This document shows, in pieces, positions 54,132-64,000 of a stretch of 64,000 nt of DNA. The notes under the pieces were generated by a model. That model was not told where the DNA came from. It searched no databases and saw nothing but the letters and a program-made list of their open reading frames with translations. The translations under genes were made by a program, and so were the position numbers. How positions within the stretch are numbered: the first letter of the stretch is position 1; each line of letters starts with the position of its first letter. The DNA comes from Candidatus Magasanikiibacteriota bacterium (GTDB lineage Bacteria; Patescibacteriota; Patescibacteriia; Magasanikbacterales; 2-02-FULL-50-9b). The stretch lies in the NCBI GenBank assembly GCA_023246755.1, contig JAHFHU010000001.1, positions 6,072 through 70,071 of the forward strand, given 5' to 3'.

Positions 54132-54676
54132 AATTGATTTTGGGATTTGTTGGACACGGTGCATCGGGGAAAGGAGCCGCGAGCGATTATGTTCAAAAAA
54201 AATATAACGCGGGTTATTTTCGCTACTCAAAAATGTTATATGATTTGGTGACACGTCTCTATTTACCCGCCGATCGCGATCATCTCATTCGCATGTCTGA
54301 AATAGTGCGTCACGAATTTGGTGAGGGCACACTTGCGCGCGTGATGAAGGAAGATGTGATGAACGACCCGCATGAAATTATTTGCGTTGATGGAATTCGT
54401 CGGCTCGCTGATATCTCAGAACTGCGCACAGTTCCGGGATTTAAAATTGTTTACATCGATACCGATATAAAAATTCGCTACGCACGATTAATTCAACGCA
54501 ACGAAAAACCGGATGATCAAACGAAAACATTCGAGCAGTTTTTGGCGGACGAACAGCGCCCAACGGAAATTTCGATTGACGAAGTTGCTCGCGAAGCCGA
54601 TGTCGTTTTACACAACGATGGAACAATCGAAGAATTTCATGCGCAGCTCGATAAATTAATCGGGAATGAACATTAA
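54128..54676 (+). CDS. P-loop nucleotide monophosphate kinase-like protein
   Basis: GFVGHGASGKG, VDGIR, R..R LID, NDGT; ATGA overlap with the deaminase. Confidence 0.8.
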   Translation: MKLILGFVGHGASGKGAASDYVQKKYNAGYFRYSKMLYDLVTRLYLPADRDHLIRMSEIVRHEFGEGTLARVMKEDVMNDPHEIICVDGIRRLADISELRTVPGFKIVYIDTDIKIRYARLIQRNEKPDDQTKTFEQFLADEQRPTEISIDEVAREADVVLHNDGTIEEFHAQLDKLIGNEH

Positions 54677-55466
54677 AAATCCGCTACGTCGCAAAAAACT
54701 AGAGGTGCTGCCGCAAATTCACAAACCACGGCGTGAACAAATTGCGGTGTACAAATTTTCTGAACCGCTGGACATTCCGCACATGGTTTTGTTTTCGGAT
54801 TTACATCTCTACGGAAAAACAAATAAGTCGATCAGCGTGTTCCCGGAAAATGTGCGCGAACTCTTTGCGATGCTCGAGCGATATCGCGAAAAAGGTTATC
54901 AATTATTTGGACTTGGCGATATTCTTGAGGGCTGGAGATTTCGTCCCAAACAAATTTTAAAGTTGCACCCCGAATACATGAATTTTTTAATCGAGCACGT
55001 AACAATTATTCGCGGCAACCACGATTGGACGGCGTGGCGTCGCATTGAAAAAAATTTTGGCAAAAAAACATTTGAGCACATTCAGGTCGGGCCGATTTAT
55101 ATGTCGCACGGTCATCAAGCGGATCCGTTGAATCGTAACGCGGCGTGGTACAGCCGTTACGCAACAAAGGTTGCGGGTTATATGAAACGAGTTGGACTCA
55201 ACACAGACAAATTTTACCGTGCCGCACGCGTCAAACACGAGGATCGAATTAAACATCGGTACGCGAATTACACCGAAGCCGTTCAACACACGCTCGCGCC
55301 CGATGCACACATTTTTTGCTACGGTCATTTGCACATGCCGTACATCGATGCATCAAACCCCGCACGCGTCGTAGTTAATCTCGGATCCATCGCAAATTAC
55401 GTTCGCGTTTTTTCGTATGTTGAGGTGACACCAACCGAGCTGACGCTCTGGAAAGTGACGCTCTAA
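54666..55466 (+). CDS. Calcineurin-like metallophosphoesterase
   Basis: SDLH, GD, GNHD, HG, GHLH. Confidence 0.88.
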   Translation: MNIKNPLRRKKLEVLPQIHKPRREQIAVYKFSEPLDIPHMVLFSDLHLYGKTNKSISVFPENVRELFAMLERYREKGYQLFGLGDILEGWRFRPKQILKLHPEYMNFLIEHVTIIRGNHDWTAWRRIEKNFGKKTFEHIQVGPIYMSHGHQADPLNRNAAWYSRYATKVAGYMKRVGLNTDKFYRAARVKHEDRIKHRYANYTEAVQHTLAPDAHIFCYGHLHMPYIDASNPARVVVNLGSIANYVRVFSYVEVTPTELTLWKVTL

Positions 55467-55524
55467 GTGGGGGGTTGACGAGGGTTTTGTTTTGTGCGCG
55501 TCGGGCTGCTAAAATGCACGCACT

Positions 55525-57060
55525 ATGCCACTCGAATCACACGACCGCGACATCTTCGCCATAGTCGGTTTATCCCCCGAAGTGCAGGCTGTTGCGTTTG
55601 CAAAATATTCTCGCTCGCAAGAATCCGTTAAAACAACGATTGATGATTTGACCGATGAAAAATCCGCCGAGTTTCACGAAAAATGGGTGATCGGATATGG
55701 CGATGCATCCGTTGCGGACATGGCGATGATCGCGATCGCGCTTGAAAATATTTCGATGATCGCGAGCAAGGCAATCGAAGATCACCGGCTCGCGTCGTAC
55801 CAAGAAAAATCAACGCGCTATGTGCCGTTTGATCCGACACGATTTCATCGGCCCGCGTGTTTTGAAAATAATCCAGAGTTGCGCGGTGTGTACGCCGACG
55901 CGATGCAAAATTTGATGGATGGCTACACGCATATTTTAGAATCGATGATTGCGTTTTTTCGCGCGAAGTATCCGAAGCCCGATGACATGGCGGACAAGCC
56001 ATACGAAAACAGGTTGCGCGCGCGAGCACTTGATGTTGCGCGTTACGTGTTGCCGATTTCAACGCTCACCAATATGGGGATGGTTGGGTCAGCCCGCGAA
56101 ATTCGCTACATGATTTCACGATTGCGCGCGAGCCCCTTTCAAGAGGTGCGCGAGATTGCTGATGAAATTCAACATGCCGCGCTTGAAACTGCATACAATC
56201 CCAATGCAAAAAAAATGGAAGCACTCATCATTCGTTTGAGTGAGAGCGGTGTGTCAGATGATATTATCGAACAGGTGCGCGCGGGCATGCGCTTGAGTGT
56301 GCGCGGCGCGCCGACGCTCATCAAACACACGGAGCCACGCGAATATCTGTTAAATAAAGATCGGATCGCGCGTTTGGCGTGTATGTTTCTCGAACAAGAG
56401 GATCTTGGTTTTGATGAGCCGCGCGCAGATTTGGTCATGAACGTGTCTCCGGAAGACGAGCTCATCGCGAGTCTGCTTTATCCGCAGGCATCTGTTTCAT
56501 TTCGCTGTCTCGTCGAAAAAATTCGGAAGCTGCCGACGAATTACAAGGCGTCATTGATTGATACGATAAATGCGGGGCGTTCAAACCATGATAATTTAAG
56601 TCGCGAATTTGAAGTGGGTAACCATTTTATCTTTGACACGCTCATGGACTATGGTGCATTTCGTGATTTGCAACGTCATCGTTTGACATGCCAATTGAAC
56701 CAGCCGCTCACGCCGGAACATGGATTTGAAGTGCCGCGCGATTTAAAAGATGCGGGGTTGCTCGCATACTATGAAGCGGTGATGGAAAAAAATCGCGCTG
56801 CATATCAAACGCTCGCCGCATGTGATCCTGACGAAGCGCGTTACGCGCTCGCGATGGCGTGGCGCAAACGCACCGTGTTCAAAATGAATTTGCGCGAACT
56901 GTATCACATCGTTGAATTGCGCACGCGTTCGGGTGGCCATTTCTCGTATCGCGCACTCTGCTATGATATGTATGAGCTCTGCAAAAAACATCATCCGCTG
57001 TTGGCCGCACATATGCGTGCGATCAAAATGGATTTTGATGCAGATTTTTTTGGACGATAA
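55525..57060 (+). CDS. thyX: Flavin-dependent thymidylate synthase, tandem-domain type
   Basis: HRLASYQEKSTRY, DVARYVLP, RDLQRHR, NLRELYHIVELRT. Confidence 0.9.
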   Translation: MPLESHDRDIFAIVGLSPEVQAVAFAKYSRSQESVKTTIDDLTDEKSAEFHEKWVIGYGDASVADMAMIAIALENISMIASKAIEDHRLASYQEKSTRYVPFDPTRFHRPACFENNPELRGVYADAMQNLMDGYTHILESMIAFFRAKYPKPDDMADKPYENRLRARALDVARYVLPISTLTNMGMVGSAREIRYMISRLRASPFQEVREIADEIQHAALETAYNPNAKKMEALIIRLSESGVSDDIIEQVRAGMRLSVRGAPTLIKHTEPREYLLNKDRIARLACMFLEQEDLGFDEPRADLVMNVSPEDELIASLLYPQASVSFRCLVEKIRKLPTNYKASLIDTINAGRSNHDNLSREFEVGNHFIFDTLMDYGAFRDLQRHRLTCQLNQPLTPEHGFEVPRDLKDAGLLAYYEAVMEKNRAAYQTLAACDPDEARYALAMAWRKRTVFKMNLRELYHIVELRTRSGGHFSYRALCYDMYELCKKHHPLLAAHMRAIKMDFDADFFGR

Positions 57061-57063
57061 AAT

Positions 57064-57768
57064 ATGTTTGTCATCGTTGATGGAATTGATGGGTCAGGAA
57101 AAAGCACCGTGAGTCGCGCGTGGCGTGACATGTTTGAGGCGCGCGGGGAAAAAATTTTTGAGACCGTCACCTTTGAAAAATCTAATGGACGAATTCCAAC
57201 GATTAATGACATTGGCGATGCAACGGTAATTTGTTCCGCAGAACCTGCGTATGCAGGCGTTGGAAAAATTTTGCGTGACGAAATGTTGCGCCCAAACAGC
57301 GGATACACACCACGCCAAATCACCGAAGCGTTCGCCGAAGCGCGCCGCGAACGATACGAATCGTTAATTGTTCCCGCGATCAAACGTGGTTTGCTCATCG
57401 TACAAGATCGTGGAATCACGACGTCACTCGCCTATCAACCCGCGATGAGTCCAGAAATCAGCGAAGAATTTGTTGCGTCGCTCCCCGGCAATCAACTCGC
57501 CATTGAATGGCGTCCCGATGTTGTGATTTTGTGCGAAGTTCCCGCCGATGTTGCGCTCACTCGCCTTGCGCGCCGTGCAGATAAAAATGACGACAGTGTT
57601 TTTGAGCAGCACGATTACATGATGCGGCTTGCACATCGATTGCAAGCGGATTCGTGGAAAACATTTTTGCAAAAAAATGGAACGCAATTTATTGTGTTCG
57701 ATGCTGACCAACCGCTCGCGCTCGCAATCAAATCAGCACAACACTTGCTCATCGATCTGCTATACTAA
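57064..57768 (+). CDS. tmk: Thymidylate kinase
   Basis: DGIDGSGKST, EP, DR...TSLAYQ, PD. Confidence 0.92.
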   Translation: MFVIVDGIDGSGKSTVSRAWRDMFEARGEKIFETVTFEKSNGRIPTINDIGDATVICSAEPAYAGVGKILRDEMLRPNSGYTPRQITEAFAEARRERYESLIVPAIKRGLLIVQDRGITTSLAYQPAMSPEISEEFVASLPGNQLAIEWRPDVVILCEVPADVALTRLARRADKNDDSVFEQHDYMMRLAHRLQADSWKTFLQKNGTQFIVFDADQPLALAIKSAQHLLIDLLY

Positions 57769-57776
57769 GATGCATT

Positions 57777-59270
57777 ATGCACCTTGAACCTGTTATCGGA
57801 CTTGAAATTCACGTTCAGCTCTCGACAAAATCAAAAATGTTTTGCAGCTGCGACAACCGCAGCGAATTGATGCCCCCGAACACCGCTGTGTGTCCGATTT
57901 GTTTGGGCTATCCGGGAACGCTCCCCACGCCAAATGCAGCCGCAATTCGCGCTGCAATTAAACTCGGGCTCGCGCTCGGATGCACAATCGCCCCGCGCCT
58001 CAAATTTGATCGCAAACATTATTTTTACCCAGACCTTCCAAAGGGATATCAAATTTCTCAATACGATGAGCCACTGTGCGCGAACGGCGCGTTCGCCTTT
58101 AGTGTCGCTGGTTCACAGGTCGATCGCGCGCGCGTGACGATTGGGATCGAGCGCGCACACGTTGAAGAAGATTCTGCAAAATCTTTTCACGCAGCAACGG
58201 GCGAAACGCTCATCGATTTCAATCGAGGTGGATCACCACTTGTCGAAACCGTGACGCGACCCGATTTTAAAACACCCCACGAAGCAAAAACTTTTTTGCA
58301 GGAGATGCGCTTACTCGTCCGCGCGCTCGATATTTCAGATGGTGACATGGAAAAAGGACACATGCGTTGCGATGCAAATATTTCTCTGCGACCGGTTGGC
58401 GATGATAAGCTCTATCCGAAAACCGAAGTCAAAAATATCAATTCATTTCGCGCGGTCGAGCGTGCGCTGCAATTTGAAATTGAACGACAAACCGAATTGT
58501 GGAATTCAGGCGAACCACCAATGGTAAGCGCGACACGCGGATGGAATGACGTCGATCAAAAAACGGTGCCGCAACGCACAAAGGAGGCAGCGCAGGATTA
58601 TCGTTATTTTCCCGAACCGGATATTCCCCCATTCATAATCGGCACACTCGTCGACAAAATTCGAATTGAGTTGCCCGAATTACCATCCGCGAAACGAATG
58701 CGTTTTGAACACGAATATGGATTTGCGCCGACCGACGCGCGCCAGATAATCGAAACCGAAGGTCTTGCGGATTATGCCGAACATGTGGTGAGCGAATTTT
58801 ATGATTGGGCCGCGTCGAGCAATACCGATACTGATGAATCGGTTTTAAAACTGCGCGTTGCAAAATTAGTTTCGAGCTGGTTACTCACCAAATATCTCGG
58901 CGTTTTAAGCGAAGTGGGTCGTTTGTTCACCCCTGACACCGTAACGCCGGAAAATTTCGCGGAGTTTTTGCATTTGATTTATGAGAGCAGACTGAATGCA
59001 GCCGCAGCGCTCACCATTTTGAAAAAAATGGTTATGACCGGCGATCATCCACAACATTTGTTAGACGCTGAAGGTCTTGGCAACGCAGATTCGTCGATCA
59101 TCGACGCATGGGTTGACGAAGTTATCGTCGCAAACCCAACGCAGACCACACAATTTAAAGCCGGCAAAGAAGCGGTGCTGCAATTTTTAGTCGGACAGGT
59201 GATGAAAAAATCACGTGGAACCGCGGACGCGGGAGTTGTGACCGAATTGTTACGAACTAAACTTTCTTAA
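57777..59270 (+). CDS. gatB: Asp/Glu-tRNA amidotransferase subunit B
   Basis: IGLEIHVQL, FDRKHYFYPDLPKGYQISQ, RCDANIS, YRYFPEPD. Confidence 0.97.
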   Translation: MHLEPVIGLEIHVQLSTKSKMFCSCDNRSELMPPNTAVCPICLGYPGTLPTPNAAAIRAAIKLGLALGCTIAPRLKFDRKHYFYPDLPKGYQISQYDEPLCANGAFAFSVAGSQVDRARVTIGIERAHVEEDSAKSFHAATGETLIDFNRGGSPLVETVTRPDFKTPHEAKTFLQEMRLLVRALDISDGDMEKGHMRCDANISLRPVGDDKLYPKTEVKNINSFRAVERALQFEIERQTELWNSGEPPMVSATRGWNDVDQKTVPQRTKEAAQDYRYFPEPDIPPFIIGTLVDKIRIELPELPSAKRMRFEHEYGFAPTDARQIIETEGLADYAEHVVSEFYDWAASSNTDTDESVLKLRVAKLVSSWLLTKYLGVLSEVGRLFTPDTVTPENFAEFLHLIYESRLNAAAALTILKKMVMTGDHPQHLLDAEGLGNADSSIIDAWVDEVIVANPTQTTQFKAGKEAVLQFLVGQVMKKSRGTADAGVVTELLRTKLS

Positions 59271-60087
59271 AAAGTTTTTTATTTTCAGCTCGCAGTGTGC
59301 GCTCAACTTTTTTGATATCTTCAGAAGGTGGCAACGATTCCGGATGAATTCCGCTCTTCACCAATGTCTCGCGCACGTGCGTGTTGTTTTTCTCGTGCTC
59401 TTGTGTGATCGGGGTTTCACCCTGCATCGTCACATCCTTTTTCACATTAAAATTCGTCATCTCATTTGCAAGATCTTTTGCTTTAATCGTAACTGCGGGC
59501 AAAAAATCCGCGAGTGGTCGTGTCGGCTTCACGCCGAGCCGATGCTTCATATCGGCTGTGTCGTGACCACCAAACAACGCGGCATCACCACGACTGCGAA
59601 TGCGTGCAAAACCCGATGCGTCAACCCCACGTTCAAACAAAATACCGGACAGCTTTTTTTCTGAAAGTGACAGTTTTTCCCGCGCGTGCACGCGTTCCCA
59701 TTCGGCGAGCCGCTGTTCCACCAATTCTTGCTTGCGTGTCTGCACCGCAAAATATGTCATCGCAAACGCAATTTCATCTTTGTGCGGATCGCCATTTTGC
59801 GCGATAAGGTAGCAGGCATAGCGCGTGAGTTTGATGTCAAGGACATCACGCTGTGTACCAGAACCTATATCGACCATTTTGTTGATATCAACAAAATGGT
59901 CCGATACTTTTTGTTTTGCCTTTTCGCATGCAACTTTCGCCTTTTTTATGGCGTTTTCAAAATTACGCCATTCATTGTATCCCAGTAAACCCTGTAGCTC
60001 GCGCGCGAACCAAAATTCAACGCCGCCATTTTCATGAACGAAATCTTCAAAATTCTTGTGCAACCGCACGATAACCTCCTTAAGCAT
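59257..60087 (-). CDS. dinD: DNA damage-inducible protein D
   Basis: EFW.AREL, LTRYACYLIAQNGDP.K, YFAVQTR.QE, IRS.GD.ALFG. Confidence 0.9.
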   Translation of the reverse strand: MLKEVIVRLHKNFEDFVHENGGVEFWFARELQGLLGYNEWRNFENAIKKAKVACEKAKQKVSDHFVDINKMVDIGSGTQRDVLDIKLTRYACYLIAQNGDPHKDEIAFAMTYFAVQTRKQELVEQRLAEWERVHAREKLSLSEKKLSGILFERGVDASGFARIRSRGDAALFGGHDTADMKHRLGVKPTRPLADFLPAVTIKAKDLANEMTNFNVKKDVTMQGETPITQEHEKNNTHVRETLVKSGIHPESLPPSEDIKKVERTLRAENKKLFKKV

Positions 60088-60177
60088 AGTTATAAAAAAT
60101 AAAACTTACTCTTGTCCCGAGTATACCAAACTAAAACCGAACTTAGATTATTTTGTCAACCCGCCCCCTGTGTATAA

Positions 60178-60696
60178 TTATCCGATCGGAATATCAATAA
60201 TCGGTCGCGTCGACGCAGCGCCCATCAATCCGCCAAACTTTGATGTCGCCGATCCCGTGCTCCCGCCCATCACCGGTTTTTTAAGCGCATCAGCGATCGA
60301 TGTGTAATGCTGTGTTGCGGTCTGATTAATCGAAGTACTGTGTTGGTGCGCATCAACAATTGATTGCGCGAGCGACGAAGGTTTACCAACGCTCGCCGCA
60401 TTAAATTCCGCCATTCGATCTGCTTTGACTTGGCTAACGCGCATCCGCTCCGCCGCATTTGCGACGCGCTCCGCAGATTTAAAAACCGCTCGTGCGTGAT
60501 CTTCGTTCGTAATCGCGCCGGACGCCTTCAATTTTTGAATAATTTTTTGGGCATCTTTAACGCTCGCACCCGTTTGCAAAGATTTTTGTGCGCCGATATG
60601 AAGCAGCGCCCCGCGCACCGTGTCAGCGCCACCGCCAAGTGCGCCTTTTAAAACTGCTTGAAATTTGTTTGCAGAAAATCGTGGACCGAGTGCCAT
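60178..60696 (-). CDS. Hypothetical protein (172 aa)
   Basis: ORF co-oriented with miaA and overlapping its end. Confidence 0.6.
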   Translation of the reverse strand: MALGPRFSANKFQAVLKGALGGGADTVRGALLHIGAQKSLQTGASVKDAQKIIQKLKASGAITNEDHARAVFKSAERVANAAERMRVSQVKADRMAEFNAASVGKPSSLAQSIVDAHQHSTSINQTATQHYTSIADALKKPVMGGSTGSATSKFGGLMGAASTRPIIDIPIG

Positions 60697-61562
60697 ATAT
60701 TCATCTCATCAGACGAATTATACCACACGATCGATTTATTCCGCCGAAACCACGTCAGCTGTCGCCGTGCATATTGTCGGGTGAGTTCAATAATCCGCTG
60801 CTGCGCGGCCGCGGCCGTCAAATCACCACGTAAAAATTCAGTAATCTCTGCGACACCAATCGCCCGCATCCCGGGCTCACTCACGGTGTGACCGGCGTCG
60901 AGCAGCGCACGCACTTCATCAACCGCGCCGCCTTCCCACATCTCACGAGCACGCGTCGCAATCCGCTGATGTAACGCGTCACGCGCACAATCAACCCCGA
61001 TCCACAATGGCGCATACGGCAAATTTCCTTCCGCTGCGCCGAACGCCGTGATTGATGTACCTGTTTGTAAAAAAACTTCGAGCGCACGAGAAACCCGTCG
61101 CGGATTTTGAACATCAATCGTGTTCAATGCTGCCTGATCGATTTCAGCGAGCATCTCGCGCGCGCCCGCTGCATCAAGCATGGCAACGCGCGCCCGAATT
61201 TCCGGCGTAACCGAGGGTGGCGCAACAAATCGCTGCACCAACGCATCAATATATAAACCGGTGCCGCCAACAACAATCGGAACATGCCCACGGGCCCACA
61301 CATCCGCAATTTCACGATCTGCATCACGCACAAATTCCGCAAATGAATACACCTCGTCAACTGATTTCCACGAATACAGCCGCGCATCGGCAATCACACG
61401 CGGCGCCGCGCTTATCACTTCGATCCCTCGATACATTTGCCGCGCATCTGCATTGATTAACACACCATCACCGCGTGCGGTGAGCATTTCAGCAATCGCA
61501 GATTTCCCAACAGCCGTTGGCCCAACGATAATAATCAGCGGAATTTTTCGATTCACATTCAT
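60648..61562 (-). CDS. miaA: tRNA dimethylallyltransferase
   Basis: GPTAVGKS, VGGTGLY, NPRRV.RALEV, TRQYARRQLTWFR. Confidence 0.95.
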   Translation of the reverse strand: MNVNRKIPLIIIVGPTAVGKSAIAEMLTARGDGVLINADARQMYRGIEVISAAPRVIADARLYSWKSVDEVYSFAEFVRDADREIADVWARGHVPIVVGGTGLYIDALVQRFVAPPSVTPEIRARVAMLDAAGAREMLAEIDQAALNTIDVQNPRRVSRALEVFLQTGTSITAFGAAEGNLPYAPLWIGVDCARDALHQRIATRAREMWEGGAVDEVRALLDAGHTVSEPGMRAIGVAEITEFLRGDLTAAAAQQRIIELTRQYARRQLTWFRRNKSIVWYNSSDEMNIWHSVHDFLQTNFKQF

Positions 61563-61563
61563 C

Positions 61564-62910
61564 TCAATTTGACTGCTCAATCTCAACATTAATTCGACTC
61601 GATACACCCGGCGCACGATCAATCCACGGTGGCATAAACGTAACATCAACCCCCGCAACACCCTTAATCGATTTTATCTGATCAGTAATTTGTGTACGCG
61701 TTTGTCCCATGAACATGCTCGGCTGCAATGCGCCGACACGCGCATCAAGTACCGCGCTTCCTTCGCGATAAATCTGGAGCGTTGCAATTTTTTTCGCAAC
61801 ATCAATCGTCTGCAACGAAACGGTCGGCGCTTCGTTCAAAAACATGATTTTATGATACGTTGTCGGGGCTTTTCCTTGCACTTCCCGATCCGCGGCTGCA
61901 TAAATCGCCGTTTTCGGATATGCGACATACGCCATAGTCCCCGACGTTTTGATCGTAAATTCACTGACTTGCTCACCAGCTTTGACCGTACTTTCCGCTT
62001 TAATATTCACGGTCGTGTACAACACATCATTGCCCGGCGGCACAACGACCGACGTCAAAATTCGCTGTCCAATTTCAAGAAGAGACTTGCGCGCATCTTC
62101 TTGGGCTTTATCAATATCAGCTTGCGTTACGACACCAACCTTACTTCCGCCACCGGACATCGCGCTTGCTGAAACACCGTAAACATTTTTTTGTTGCCCC
62201 GCATTCAACCCGGGAATAGTAAATTTTCCCGCCGCGATATCTCCTGCTGCACCCGGCTGATCTGCCACGACGTTGAGCGAATCACTCGTGTGCGGCGCAA
62301 GAACCGCAGATTTAATCAACCGAAACAACACACCCCCCTCACTCAAAAATCGCGTGGTTGCAACGAGTGATTGTGGTGTTGAACCGTTATTATAAACCGT
62401 AATCGCACCATGCGCTTTGCCGGGTTTATCAACGGTCGTCACGGGTTTATAAATTGATTGCGTGCTGGTCGTGACCGTCACCACGGTTCCCGAAAAAAAA
62501 TCGGATTCCGACGCGCTTGATGTCGCGACGCTCGCATCAACAATGTTTAAAGAAAACGACGCGGCAACAGGAATTGCATTTTGATGAACAACGATCGTTG
62601 CTTTTTGAAAGGTGAAAAATGCGATAATCCCGACAACGACGACGGTTGCAGAAAAAAATCCAATCGCGAGTCGGCGATATAAATTTACCTTGCGCGGAAT
62701 ATGTGTTGCTGCATCAATTGAAATGCGTGGCCGATGATGAATCAGCGTCGGTTCATTTTCAGATAAATCGTAGGATTGAGCGGCGCGACGGCGCACCGGC
62801 GTCGAACGACGTTTTTGTGTTACCCGTTTGCGCGTTTGGCGGCGCGGCGCTGGAGCAGCATCATCGTCAAATGACGCACCATCAATGTCCATGTCTAATT
62901 CGTCTGACAT
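61564..62910 (-). CDS. Single-TM protein with baseplate-J-like extracellular domain
   Basis: A.G.ITVYN, LVATTRF, V.AD.PG..G.I..G.FTIPGL, V.Q.DID; start MSDEL. Confidence 0.7.
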   Translation of the reverse strand: MSDELDMDIDGASFDDDAAPAPRRQTRKRVTQKRRSTPVRRRAAQSYDLSENEPTLIHHRPRISIDAATHIPRKVNLYRRLAIGFFSATVVVVGIIAFFTFQKATIVVHQNAIPVAASFSLNIVDASVATSSASESDFFSGTVVTVTTSTQSIYKPVTTVDKPGKAHGAITVYNNGSTPQSLVATTRFLSEGGVLFRLIKSAVLAPHTSDSLNVVADQPGAAGDIAAGKFTIPGLNAGQQKNVYGVSASAMSGGGSKVGVVTQADIDKAQEDARKSLLEIGQRILTSVVVPPGNDVLYTTVNIKAESTVKAGEQVSEFTIKTSGTMAYVAYPKTAIYAAADREVQGKAPTTYHKIMFLNEAPTVSLQTIDVAKKIATLQIYREGSAVLDARVGALQPSMFMGQTRTQITDQIKSIKGVAGVDVTFMPPWIDRAPGVSSRINVEIEQSN

Positions 62911-62920
62911 AAAATTTTTA

Positions 62921-64000
62921 TTATTCGGCAACGCGGAAAACTTCCGAAAGCGACGAAAGTCCTTCTGCGGCTTTAAGTATACCATCTTGAGCCATGGTGA
63001 CCATACCATCAACAACGGCCTGCTTTTGAATATCAAATTCCGACATTTGGCCGCCCAGAATTAATTTTTCGATTTCCGGCGTCATGGTCAAAATTTCGTA
63101 AATACCAACACGGCCTTTATAACCAAGCCCCTTGCACTCCGCGCAGCCCGGTGCCGTAAAAAATTTTGCCGCGTCAATCGAAAATGTAATGTTCGATTTT
63201 GGAGATAATTCCGACATTGTTTTGACGACACGCTGGCTTTCTTCGGGCTTGAGCGATGTTTCAGTTTTACATTTCTCACACAATTTACGCATCAAACGCT
63301 GACCGATCACCGCGTTAAGCGCCGGCGCAAGCAAAAAGGGTTTAACGCCCATCGATAAAAACCGAGGGATCGCACCCGCAGCACTGTTGGTATGGATGGT
63401 TGACAGCAATAAATGGCCGGTAAGCGCCGCTTGAATCGCAACTTCGGCTGTCGACAAATCACGAATTTCACCGACCATACAAATATCAGGATCCTGACGT
63501 AAAATCGATTTAAGCGCATCGGCAAATGTGTACCCTTTTGACGGATCGATTTGCGACTGATTGATGCCCTCGAGTTTATATTCAACCGGATCTTCGAGCG
63601 TGATAATTTTCACGCCGGGTTGATTTTTCTTTTTTAAAATTGTGTAGAGCGTCGTCGTTTTTCCAGAACCTGTCGGACCTGTTGTAATTACCATGCCATT
63701 TGGACGATCGATTTCACGCGTGAGGCCTTCAAACGCAACGCCCCGAATCCCCAGCTGTTCCATTCCAACGTTTGCTTGCGGTTTTAAAATACGCATAACA
63801 ACGCTTTCGCCGTATGCGGTCGGAATTGTTGAAACACGCACGTCGATTTTGCCCATCTGCAAAACAAGGGTGATGCGACCGTCTTGCGGTTTGTCGTCGA
63901 TATTTAATTTAAGTGCTGCGAGCAGTTTTATACGCCCGATAATTTTTTTCCACATCTCATGCGGCACACTCCCAATTTCGTGGAGCATACCATCAAGACG
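62921..64000 (-). CDS. PilB/GspE type IV pilus/T2SS assembly ATPase (5' end outside window)
   Basis: PQDGR, GPTGSGKTTTLY, TLEDPVE, LRQDPD, GEIRD, STIHTN, CxxC..CxxC, GYKGR. Confidence 0.93.
   Translation of the reverse strand, partial: RLDGMLHEIGSVPHEMWKKIIGRIKLLAALKLNIDDKPQDGRITLVLQMGKIDVRVSTIPTAYGESVVMRILKPQANVGMEQLGIRGVAFEGLTREIDRPNGMVITTGPTGSGKTTTLYTILKKKNQPGVKIITLEDPVEYKLEGINQSQIDPSKGYTFADALKSILRQDPDICMVGEIRDLSTAEVAIQAALTGHLLLSTIHTNSAAGAIPRFLSMGVKPFLLAPALNAVIGQRLMRKLCEKCKTETSLKPEESQRVVKTMSELSPKSNITFSIDAAKFFTAPGCAECKGLGYKGRVGIYEILTMTPEIEKLILGGQMSEFDIQKQAVVDGMVTMAQDGILKAAEGLSSLSEVFRVAE

Noticed and set aside
60088-60177. LexA/SOS box upstream of dinD
   Set aside because: No CTGT-N8-ACAG or GAAC-N4-GTTC site seen

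Overview
Chromosomal segment of a small-genome bacterium using genetic code 11. Gene content suggests Patescibacteria/CPR, probably Parcubacteria (inference): a short EF-Ts, a tandem-domain ThyX, DUF5663-like and baseplate-J-like proteins, and mostly SD-less or near-leaderless core genes. The housekeeping backbone includes ndk, a UvrD/PcrA helicase, tgt/queA, mltG, gap-pgk-eno-gpmI, rpsB-tsf, prfA/rpmE/prmC/rplY, rodA, gyrB (with a 434-aa HNH intein), secE-nusG-rplK, lemA-htpX, thrS, rplA, a dCMP deaminase-kinase-phosphoesterase-thyX-tmk cluster, gatB, dinD, miaA and a PilB/GspE ATPase. The main accessory items are: (i) an ORF missing from the supplied track, at the left edge, with RelA/SpoT-like synthetase motifs; (ii) a class III adenylyl cyclase; (iii) several orphans with a 5' hairpin leader and strong Shine-Dalgarno, three of which (including i and ii) share a TTGACA-N15-TGTA[AG][GC]GT promoter unlike the core genes; (iv) a 2105-aa protein with a Gly/Ala hydrophobic segment and a PP2C phosphatase domain, lying between the separated rplK and rplA; (v) a SLOG-HAD-kinase-HAD operon; (vi) one intact RelE-type TA module flanked by a 12-bp direct repeat and one decayed module; (vii) a MITE-like long inverted repeat after gyrB. 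No rRNA, tRNA, CRISPR array or transposase was recognised. All assignments come from reading motifs by eye; no searches were run.
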